From Octopus vulgaris (taxonomy: Eukaryota), in the NCBI GenBank assembly GCA_951406725.2, contig OX597817.1, positions 93,744,001-93,808,000 of the forward strand: a stretch of 64,000 nucleotides of DNA. Reading direction: 5' to 3'. Both the position numbers and the translations under genes were made by a program. The notes under the pieces are model-generated. The model was given only the letters and a program-made list of their open reading frames with translations. It did no database searches and was not told where the DNA came from. Shown here in pieces: positions 41,486 through 52,140 of this stretch; the first letter of the stretch is position 1; each line of letters begins with the position of its first letter.

Positions 41486-41497
41486 ACCGAAATAGCT
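41486..41497 (-). promoter_or_regulatory. Putative primer-binding site complementary to the tRNA-Phe 5' end
   Basis: Minus strand AGCTATTTCGGT directly follows the 5' LTR; 11/12 Watson-Crick pairs plus one G:U with GCCGAAAUAGCU. Confidence 0.7.
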
Positions 41498-42832
41498 TGT
41501 AGTGTGTGCGCGATTCGAATATAAAGGCACCTACCTTCTCTTCGCTCCGATGGAGACCCTTCAGTGGTAACGGATCCTTCGACACAGCCCCGACCCGAAC
41601 GCTAAAGATAGCAGCTGCTTCACCCAACCTTAGCAACGTCTTCCCCCGTCTTGACACGTCGACGACCCTGGTTCGAAAGGCAGAAATCGCCGCTCACTGC
41701 GCGCGACTCACGGCTGCTCCCTTCCTGTTTCCCCAATTTCCGGTCAGCTCACCCAGCTGCTGACGTCATCCCACAGCTACCAGAAGAGAAACGGAAGAAA
41801 TCAAGCGACAGGAGAGAAAGGCTCGACAAAATCAACCTCCTCCTCTACCAACATGCAGTCAATGCCATCGACTCTTCTATGCAAGAATTGATCTATGGTC
41901 ATCATCGCCATCACCACAGAGGAAGCGCTCGGCAAAGAAAATAAATACTAGGATACGAGATAAAACCGCCGCCGACGATAAACAAGAGTGTATATAACAA
42001 CATGAGTTAAATTTAAAAAAATTAGAAGTGTGGACTACTGGCAGCTAATGACCAGTGGGTACTTTTAAAACAATGGTAGCATGACAACTTAAGTATACTA
42101 TCCAACAACAGAGATGTCCCTTCAAGGAGGATTCCACGTAGCTTTTGTTTTCTTAATTAGATACAAAATGCTTTAGTTGACTTCGAGGCTATGGTAGAAG
42201 ACGTTTGTTTATGGTGTCTTGCTGTGTGAACGAACTCAAAAGCATGTACTTGCGAAGATAATTTGTTAAGCATGCACCAATAATAATATAATAATAAACG
42301 GGTGTGAAAATATGCTTACAGTCTTTCTGAAATAAACCATCATGTTTTAATGTACGCATCGTAAAAAAAGAGGGAAAAATAATACATATTTACAAATTTA
42401 TATATTTCAAAAAACTAAATTACGGTCATTTTAAATATATTTTCTGTGTTCTCTGCATACATTTTGACACACACACACATACACACACCCGCACGCGCAC
42501 GTACGCACACACACATATGTACACATACATAGACCCGCATGTATATATATTTAAAAGGAAACTGACAGGACAAGACCTACTTATTTTGAAATCTTTGTAC
42601 GGTATTATTTGTGTGTGTGTGCGCGTGTGTGTATATACATATACATATGTATGCATGTGTGCGTGTGTGGGAGGGTTGGTTGGGTGGTCGCACATCGCTC
42701 TCCTTTATCGCAGAGATTATCACGGTTGACTTATTGCGATGAGATATGATTATCTGGTTATCATTTCACATTGGAACCCGTTGGCAGGGTATGACACATT
42801 TGTGACACGACCAGGTGACATCCACTGCTTTG

Positions 42833-42909
<77 letters not shown>

Positions 42910-43124
42910 CGTAAGACTGTTATGTCGGTGTGTTGCAGAGTTGTTTCATATTTCTTTTTGATACACCGCGTATGAGTGTATGTATACACATATAAATATA
43001 TATTTACATACTCATACACACATTCACACACACTCTTTCTCTCTCTGTCTCACTCTCTCTAACTCTGTCTTTATTTCTGGCTGTCTCTGACTGTTTACCT
43101 GCATGTTTGTGAATCTGTTTATCG

Positions 43125-43199
<75 letters not shown>

Positions 43200-43201
<2 letters not shown>

Positions 43202-43610
43202 GGTGACGTCTTGCTGTCCCACATCTTTAAATAGGGCGTTAGGCTCGCTTTCAGACAGATATGTGAATTTGTTGGAGATTCTGGTCAATCCCTGGCTGGA
43301 AGACCATATGTGGCAGCAGGATTCGGCCCCTCGCCATACCTCCGAAGTCAGATGTGGTTGTCGAAGAATTTCTATGACGCCACCAGCATCAATTTCTGGC
43401 TTTCTAATTCCCCTGATTGTAATCCCTTGGTTTGCTATTTGCAGGGCACTGTTGAGAAAGACACCAACTGCTTTGCCTGCAATACCAGGCCAAATTGAAA
43501 GAGGTGTTCGAAGGTCTTCCCGGGGACACAGTGAGGAACACATGTGCCAGTTTTCCAGGAGTCTTGAATATGTGATTTTTAAAAAAATGTTTTAATTTTT
43601 GGAAAGGATA
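43200..43610 (+). mobile_element. Tc1/mariner (maT-like) transposase relic
   Basis: WQQDSAPRHTS and NFWLSNSPDCNPL in adjacent frames. Confidence 0.7.
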
Positions 43611-43657
43611 TTGTGTTATGCAAACTATCAAATTTACCCTGAACACGCTGTACACAC

Positions 43658-43722
<65 letters not shown>

Positions 43723-43732
43723 GCACACACAC

Positions 43733-43805
<73 letters not shown>

Positions 43806-44366
43806 TATATAGGGTGAAGTTGATGTACAAGGTGCGTGGCATAACCTTTGCACTTTCACACGTATGTATAAGTCGTTATATAACTAAACTGGAATATTTT
43901 ACTAATTTTCACAGTTCTATTAACGTCTTGCAACTGTAATTTCCTTATCCTTTCTAGTTTTGTGAATCCCAGTTTCTAAACACTGGTGTTGAGGTAAATG
44001 CTCCAGAAACTTCAGATTTAAACTTAAAGCTATAGTCGGGTAGATTTTCTGCATATTTCTCACTAGCTTACCACTGTTGATATATTTCCTTTCCATCTTT
44101 AACATTATGTTAACATCTACTTATTTGTGCACCACGCTCTCTTTCACCGTCTCCGATCATTATGTCTGATATATTTGAGTCTTGACAGTTACATTCCACG
44201 GGCAATCTTTCATATCATATTACGGTAACTCTGAAGCTTTCTGACTTGCTCTGCCAGATTAATTTTATGTAAAGTAACACAAAAGTTGTGTATTGTGGAT
44301 AGAAAGTAAGCACGCACGCATGCACAGACATGTTCACATACACGTCTATATATACATACATACATG

Positions 44367-44406
<40 letters not shown>

Positions 44407-44408
<2 letters not shown>

Positions 44409-45258
44409 TAAAATTAATTAAGGGTAGAAATTGGTATTAGTCAATTAAAACCAGTGGGCTAGCATATTAAAAAGAATCCGAAGATTAAAATATTTATATA
44501 TACCAATTAAGGACTGAACACGAAAAGTGGACAGTCAACATGCTAGATATAGACGTCAAATCGCCATTCTCCACAAAGATTATGTTCTCAAATAAAATAA
44601 AATTCAGCACAAACCAAAGCAATAAATAAGACAAATGAAATAATACGAAATGAAATAATCACCTATGTACAGATCATTTTTAGTTATTAATATCCGCAAG
44701 GATATCTGTAACTTCGTCAGCATAGCCTGTTATGAACATAATTTGCTGGACTAGATGCAAAAAACGATACCGAAGTGCCGCATGCATAAAGTACAACCGA
44801 TTAAGTTCGAATGTATCTTTCAAATGCCTTTACTTTGGCGCGCTGAGACTCGAAAAACCAGCCAGCAGCTAATAATTAGCAGCAGTCAATTTATCGGTTT
44901 AAGAACATATATTTTATATTAAAATTAATTAAGGGTAGAAATTGATATTAGTCAATTAAAACCAGTGGGCTAGCATATTAAAAAGAATCCGAAGATTAAA
45001 ATATTTATATATACCAATTAAGGACTGAACACGGAAAGTGGACAGTCAACATGCTAGATATAGACGTCAAATCACCATTCTCCACAAAGATTATGTTCTC
45101 AAATAAAATAAAATTCAGCACAAACCAAAGCAATAAATAAGACAAATGAAAATATACGAAATGAGAACATAATCTTTGTGGAGAATGGCGATTTGACGTC
45201 TATATCTAGCATGTTGACTGTCCACTTTTCGTGTTCAGTCCTTAATTGGTATATATAT
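44407..45258 (-). mobile_element. Penelope/retrozyme-like unit: 511-bp-period partial direct repeat, terminal inversion and decayed hammerhead
   Basis: 44407-44653 repeats at 44918-45163; 45163-45258 is an inverted copy; hammerhead relic at 44663-44725 (minus strand); (TA)n on both sides. Confidence 0.65.
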
Positions 45259-45425
45259 ATATATATATATATATACAGTAAAAGCAATTAAGATTCAAGT
45301 GAGTTCTGTTGAATTCACATGAATGAGGTACTTAACTTAGATGCACCAGAAATCTATATGGTGTTAACCATAAGATAATGCGGGGTGATTATAAATAAGA
45401 AAAAAGCAACAAGAATGGATCAATA

Positions 45426-45514
45426 TTTCGGTACAATTGTTTCGTGCGAAGACAGCTTTATTAAGGCTGCAAATATTGCAGTAAATATAAGTAACCCGTA
45501 CTCATCAGCCGAAA
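45426..45514 (-). ncRNA. Type I hammerhead ribozyme in the PLE pseudo-LTR
   Basis: Minus strand: TTTCGG-CTGATGA-GTACG...CGCAC-GAAA-CAATTG-TA/CCGAAA. Confidence 0.8.
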
Positions 45515-46684
45515 AAACATCTGAGTTCTCCAAACATCTAAGGGGGTGATGTTACACTCCTGAAACATCAGGGATAGTTCTATAAAAATAAGATTTAGGT
45601 AACAAACGGACTTCTAAAAGTTCTTTTAGTGTTGCACAGTCATATAACGGGTTTTAAAAAAGTATTTTAAAAAACCTCTTAGTTTCTCAGAAAATGAAAA
45701 TGAAAATGTAAATCCATCCATATTGAAGTAAGTTTGATTTCTGGAGATATGAGGAGAGGTATCATACTCACAGAAGATGCATTTATCCATAATTAGTCCA
45801 TAATAAGGTGTGTTTCCTGATGTGTGATGATATACTTGTTACATTTCTGAGAATTTCTCCAAACTGCTATGTTAGAATTAAATTTGTTGAAGGAAGGTTA
45901 GTGAAGCGTAGAGACAATCCCTCACATAGGGTATATTGGGGTAACTGAGAGGGGAAGGGGATGTAAATGTCCAACTACGCAGAATAGTTTATTTCAGTGG
46001 AGACGAACTGACTGATTCAGAATTTGCAAGAATCTAAGATTTTAAGGAGGAATGCTAATCTTGACCAAATACCGTCGTTAATTGCTATATAAAGAGGATA
46101 TGGGAAGGTAAAGAAGGGTCAAAGGTTGTCACTATAGGAAAAAAACTTAACAGATTTCAGTGCAGCACTAGAAAGGAGGTCATTTAATTTATTTCTTTAT
46201 TTATTAATGTTACTACTAATACAATGGCAGACTTTGGGACTACATTAAGGGGTCAAAAGAAAGGATTGAGAGTTATTTTTCATAATGAAAAATCGTTATA
46301 TTATTTTTATGGGATTAGCAATATTTTCTAGTAGTATATAAAAGAATTACAAAGTCTAACTAACTAATTTGCTATAAGTTGGTTTACCTAAATTAGATTA
46401 AAAATTAGATAAAATTAATTTAAATTATCTATATAGTCTATTAGAATGAAAATTTATTTGCAACTAATTTATTTCTTTATGTTTCAAACCTGGTACAGTT
46501 AGAGAGAAAATAACCAATGCCTATGAGATCGTAGCTATCTAATTAAATATATAATATAATATATAAGAGTTTTGCTTTATTAGTATAAGCAAGATAGACA
46601 AATCACAAAATGATTTTTATATACGGTTATCATTTAAAATATTTTAGAGTCTTAATCCTAGCGTGAATACAAGAGAAAACCCAA

Positions 46685-47985
46685 TTATATACGGTTATTC
46701 AACAAATTATCATTTCTTCTATGCATTAGTATTTCAAATGTTTCCATGGAGCAAAGTTGACAACCAACTCTGCTATTTTTATAAGGTATCGCTCTTCTAA
46801 CTAATTCCCAATTAAGGTTATACTTAATATTATTGTTTTTGAGTTCCCAGATCTTACTTGAAAGTGTGGTGCTATCAGCTTTATGACGTAATTTGAAAGA
46901 AGAGAGATGATTGCTAAGACGTTTCTTAAAATTTATAGTACACCCTAAATAAATAAATTTGTTATTCTCTGTGGTTATGGTACATTTATAGATTACGTTA
47001 TTTAACCCGCATAGACCAGGTGCCGGGTATTTTTTATCTAATTCTACAGTTACACCTAGGGGGATCATTTTCCGATGTGGAATTACTCAAGGATAGATGT
47101 CTCATATTACTGCTATTCAAAACATTATGAGTATATTTTGTTATTATAGTTACTGCTGCTATCTAAAATAGTGTTATCGTTATTATAGTTAATGTTGTTA
47201 TCTAAAGTAGTATTATCATTTATCGGTCTTTCTACACTATCATTTAATTCTATAGTCCTACCATAATTACTAACATTATTGGTATTGCTACTATTATTGC
47301 CAGTATTAGTTTCTAAATGTATACTGTTACTATAGATATCATTGTTGTCTTCATTCTCGGTATTTTCCTTATTGGTATTATTCATATTATTAACATAATT
47401 GTTTCTATTTGTATTATTATTATTACTAGCTATTCTATAGCTATTGGTTATACCTATGTTATGATAGTTATTATTATTGTGGCTATTATTAATTTCGGTA
47501 ATGTTACTACAATTGCCATTTGTATTCCTATTGTTATTATTTAAATTTTTCCTGGCTAGTTTAATGTTATTATTATTGATCTTAGCTATTAAAGTGGACA
47601 TATTTGGGAGGGTTGAATAAGAAATTCTGACCGTTTTTTTAGAAATAATTTTATAATATCTATGAGAGGTTGGGAAGTTCTTTTCCAGAATTATTTTGAA
47701 TCTACTCTGAATATCCGATAGAATCGCACAGTTGAAAGGAACATTTAGCCACATTATATCTTTCTTATTAAATTTCCTAGAATTAGAATTGGGGTTAGTT
47801 GAATCATTCCTACTTTCACCAGAGTCGTTGTGTTTATTAATGTTCCTATTTGCATGCTTCTTTGTTTTATCTAAATTTATCTTATCCGTATTACCTATGT
47901 TCTGGTCTATGTTCTTATCATTATTCTTATTTCCATTTAGATTAGTTGTCACCGTAAATCTACTTCTACTTTTATTTCTGACGTG
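46685..47985 (-). pseudogene. PLE polyprotein C-terminus: linker, Asn-rich region and GIY-YIG endonuclease (stop and frameshift)
   Basis: IMWLNVPFN...NFPTSH..KIISKKTVRISYSTLPNM; CNC near 47050; VIYKC...YLG..FKKRLSNH...CQLC..E. Confidence 0.85.
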
Positions 47986-48212
47986 ATCTCTACTTCAATA
48001 TGGATGGATTTACATTTTCATTTTCATTTTCATTTTCTGGGAAACTAAGAGGTTTTTTAAAATACTTTTTTAAAACCCGTTATATGACTGTGCAACACTA
48101 AAAGAACTTTTAGAAGTCCGTTTGTTACCTAAATCTTATTTTTATAGAAAATAAAGCTGTCTTCGTACGAAACAATTGTACCGAAATATTGATCCATTCT
48201 TGTTGCTTTTTT

Positions 48213-48289
<77 letters not shown>

Positions 48290-48342
48290 CGGAGATGTAC
48301 TCGCATACCAAGTGATTTGATCTGAGATCGTGTGCTGAAACG

Positions 48343-48620
48343 AAAACAATTGCAGCGTGGAAGGTGTTTGTAAGCCATTTAAGAAACACACAAAAGCCGT
48401 TCGATTCACTTCAACATTTAAGTTTAATTTGTCAAAATATTTTCGTCGCTAAAATCCGCGACCTGTTCACTGATGCAGCACGGATTTTTGTCAGTGAACA
48501 GGTCGCGGTTTTTAGCGACGAAAATATTTGACAAATTAAACTTAAATGTTGAAGTGAATCGAACGGCTTTTGTGTGTTTCTTAAATGGTTTACAAACACC
48601 TTCCACGCTGCAATTGTTTT
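48343..48620. repeat. Near-perfect fold-back (arms 48343-48473 and 48491-48620) carrying G3:C8 hammerhead motifs on both strands
   Basis: Arms of ~130 bp with a 17-nt spacer; flanked by (TA)n. Confidence 0.85.
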
Positions 48621-48664
<44 letters not shown>

Positions 48665-48668
48665 TACA

Positions 48669-48735
<67 letters not shown>

Positions 48736-48887
48736 TATGTGAAATAGAAAGATGAATAATCTTGTAGTAGATTAATCAAAAGTTTAACCGATACCTTAGT
48801 AGCAAAAATCACAGCAGTAAACAGCACGGTTGGAGGTACAACCATATGGTGTTGCAACCGTGCGTTGGTGCGGATAATTGAAATTAA

Positions 48888-49709
48888 AACATTATTGGTG
48901 AATTGAAGAAATGGAGCTGAACGCAGATTGAACAGAAATCGTTTTATTTCATTCTACACGTGTTTCGAAAGGCACAAATTACCAAAATCCGATTGAATAA
49001 TGGGACCATATTGTGTCTTTCTCTTCAGGAAGAAAATAGGAAATCCGTTGGAAAAACAAAAACAGAACAGAGGCGGAGCAAAAACAAATCGAACTATGCT
49101 CCTAAGAGCCCATGGCGAAACTGTTTATCAGTGTATGTTGAGAACCGGTGGCTGAAGAATTCAACGGGTCAGGCATCGGTCAATCATGTGGGTGAGGGTG
49201 TGTAGATGTTCTTTGTGACCGAGAATAAAGTTCTGACTATTTAAGGAATATTGGATGTTTTATAAGGGGCGAGAAAAAATCTACTTAGAGACGTGTGTGT
49301 GTGTATACTGTTCTATATATGTGTGTGTTGGCGTAGGGGTAGAAAACATTTTTTGTGTACGTGTGTGCGTTTGATCGTTCGGCTGTCAGTGAGAACCGTT
49401 GGGTGGCAGAAAAAAAATATATGCCTGACCCGTTGAATTCTTCAGCCACCGGTTCTCAACATACACTGATAAACAGTTTCGCCATGGGCTCTTAGGAGCA
49501 TAGTTCGATTTGTTTTTGCTCCGCCTCTGTTCTGTTTTTGTTTTTCCAACGGATTTCCTATTTTCTTCCTGAAGAGAAAGACACAATATGGTCCCATTAT
49601 TCAATCGGATTTTGGTAATTTGTGCCTTTCGAAACACGTGTAGAATGAAATAAAACGATTTCTGTTCAATCTGCGTTCAGCTCCATTTCTTCAATTCACC
49701 AATAATGTT
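48888..49709. repeat. 289-bp inverted repeat (48888-49176 and 49421-49709); each arm has a hammerhead ribozyme
   Basis: Arms are reverse complements, and the ORF track gives the same peptide on both strands (48960+, 49637-). Confidence 0.9.
49566..49645 (+). ncRNA. Type I hammerhead ribozyme (mirror copy ~48952-49031 on the minus strand)
   Basis: TTC-CTGAAGA-GAAAGaCACAA...TTGTGcCTTTC-GAAA-CACGTG-TA/GAA; predicted cut after 49642. Confidence 0.8.
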
Positions 49710-49848
49710 ATATATATATATATATGTATGTATGTATGTATGTTTATATAGGAGGATAATTTTATCACTTCGTTAAACCGAAGACCAAAAATAAAAATAA
49801 GACTGCAGCTGCAAGTGGTCAGGTGACACCGAGGCGAAAAGAGAAATA

Positions 49849-50097
49849 TATTGAAAGGTATAATGAATAAACACTCCAATCGGTCAAAGCAATTTTATAT
49901 CATTCCCAAATTATCAAAAATCGAATATAAATATATATGGCACCCAATGGTAAAACTTAATAGTATAAAATATACACGTATTACTATTGGATGCCCTATT
50001 ATTTTAATATATATTTATATTCGATTTTTGATAATTTAAGAATGATATAAAGTTGTTTTGACCGATTAGACTGTTTAATCATTATATCTTTCAATAC
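49849..50097. repeat. ~250-bp imperfect palindrome (MITE-like)
   Basis: aatcggtcaaa..ttatcaaaaatcgaatataaatatata versus tatatatttatattcgatttttgataa..tttgaccgatt. Confidence 0.65.
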
Positions 50098-50639
50098 ATA
50101 TATGTATATTGTTACTTGTTTCAGCCATTTGACATTGGATTGCAGCCATGGTGGGGCACTGACTTGTGTCCCAAGTACATAATTTTTAGGGTCTGGTTCT
50201 TATTCTGCCGTTCTCTTTTGACGTACCACAATTTACGGGGAGGTAAGCAAACCGACACCCGTTGGCAAGCAGTGGTGGGGTACAAACACAGACACACACA
50301 CACACACACACATGTATATATATATATATATATATCATGCATATACGTACATACACACGCATGCGCACACGCACGCACACATACACGCGCGCGCGCACAC
50401 ACATATACACACACACACAAACACACACAAACACACACACATACACACATACACACATACACACACACACTACTGCGGTAGTGCTGTGTAACTTATCAGG
50501 CTGTGTATTCCAGGTCACCCAAACAAAGAATCCTTTCTGACGTGTTCCTTCCCAACGTTAATGATGTCGTTTCCGCCATGTATACAGACATGTTCGATCG
50601 ATACTTGGTTATTAGAAGATGGACTGAATTGGATTGCCT

Positions 50640-50760
50640 ATGTTCAATCCACTGCAAGACGTAGGCCTCAGCATGTTCTCTCCACAGTCTACGGTCTGAG
50701 GTGGAGGCTGTGAATTTGAACTCAAGCTCATGCTGGTCTGATGAGCCTACTCTGTCATAT
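50640..50760 (-). mobile_element. RTE LINE extreme C-terminal fragment
   Basis: DRRLWREHAEAYVLQW, a typical RTE C-terminus. Confidence 0.55.
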
Positions 50761-50847
50761 TGGCTCGACATGGTTTGGTAGAGAGGTTCAGTTTTTATAC
50801 TCTCACCGAGGAACAATTAAGTAGATAACATCGACTGCAATGCTTTT

Positions 50848-51745
50848 CTGGTACTTATTTTATCAATCTCGAAAGGATGAAAGGCAAAGTCGACCTCGGC
50901 GGAATTTGAACTCAGAATGTAGGGACGGACGAAATGCCGTTCAGCATTTTGCCTGGTGTGCCAACAGTTTTGCCAGCTCGCCGCCTAATAGATGTTATTG
51001 AGATTTTATGATGTACTATTCAAAGATTGTTTGAGCCGACGTTAAGCCTCTGCCTCTCTATTTTCGTTTTAGGTAAAGGTACACAATGTCGCTATTGAAA
51101 TGGACATTTCTGACAATAGTGAATAATTTTCGGGTTTTAACATCAATATCTACATCTCATTTAGCATCCAATCGAATGACCTCAGACATAGGTATGAGTG
51201 CTGGTACAGCAACACATTGAGGGCCACAGATTTATTGTCGGCAGGGAACCTCGAAGCCTATGTTTTTACATCCGGGTCATGTTCCCTAGTTACGTGTTCC
51301 TTATTACAAATACTACCATAGAATATATTTTCTTCCATCTCTAGGTACTTGTAGTATTCCAGATCTGTTATTGACAGGCCATTAGTAATTAGCTCATTAA
51401 TAGTCAGGTTAAAAAAGGAGCAAATAAAAACTGGTACTCCGTCGGTTACGACGACGAGTGTTCCGGTTGATCAGATCGACGGAACAGCCTGCTCGTGGAA
51501 TTAACGTGCAAGTGGCTAAGTACTACACAGACACGCGTATCCTTAATGTAGCTCTCAGGGAAATTCAGCATGACACAGAATGTGACATGGCTAGCCATTT
51601 GAAATGTAGGTAGTGCTCATGTTTGCTAGCTGAGTGAATTAGGGTAACATGAAATAAAGTGTCTTGCTGAAGGACACAACGCGCTGCCAAGTATCGAACT
51701 CACAACCTTACAATCGTGAGCCGAATACCCTGGCCACGAGCCTTC
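50848..51745 (-). mobile_element. Two tRNA-derived SINE copies (50848-50987 and 51428-51745)
   Basis: B-box motifs GAGTTCAAATTCC and GAGTTCGATAC on the minus strand; similar to other copies in the window. Confidence 0.7.
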
Positions 51746-52140
51746 ACAATGTAGCCAGGCTGTTGATGTTCAAACCATTAATAATCAGCCCTTTTACAAT
51801 CAGGTAAGAACATTTATGCTGGACAAATCTTATCCGTAAAATCCCTTACAAAGTATTTGCCAAAACTATGGATGATAGTACTCGTAAAGCATCTTTGTGA
51901 CATCTCCAAAGAAATATTATCACAGTATGTTTGATGATAGGTCTATTTGCAAACAATTAAGCAAACAATTATCAGCTTATCACCACCACCGCCGCCGCCG
52001 CTGCCGCTACCACCACCGCTGCTGCCATCGCCGCTGCTGCCACCACCACTGCCATCGCCGCCGCTGCCACCACCGCTGCCGCCGCTGCTACCATCGCTGC
52101 TATCACCGCCCCGCCGCCGCCACCACCACCACCACCACCT

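Larger units (their letters stand above)
37329..41775 (-). mobile_element. LTR retrotransposon B, full length (gag; PR-RT-RH-IN order) with frameshifts
   Basis: Two 278-bp LTRs TGT...ACA (41498-41775 and 37329-37606; 7 differences counted by eye); 5-bp TSD GCTAC (37324-37328, 41776-41780); PPT at 37607-37620. Confidence 0.95.
37140..41945 (+). mobile_element. RTE-clade LINE 3' end split by LTR element B (pieces 37140-37328 and 41776-41945)
   Basis: Removing the LTR element restores ...QRYKDQLK...TKNFEAT|RRETEEIKRQERKARQ...CSQCHRLFYARIDLWS. Confidence 0.75.
45395..48216 (-). mobile_element. 5'-truncated Penelope-like element (Neptune-type) with inverted pseudo-LTR
   Basis: GIY-YIG endonuclease and linker ORFs on the minus strand; 47992-48216 is an inverted, internally deleted copy of 45395-45730; hammerhead near the 3' end. 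Confidence 0.85.
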
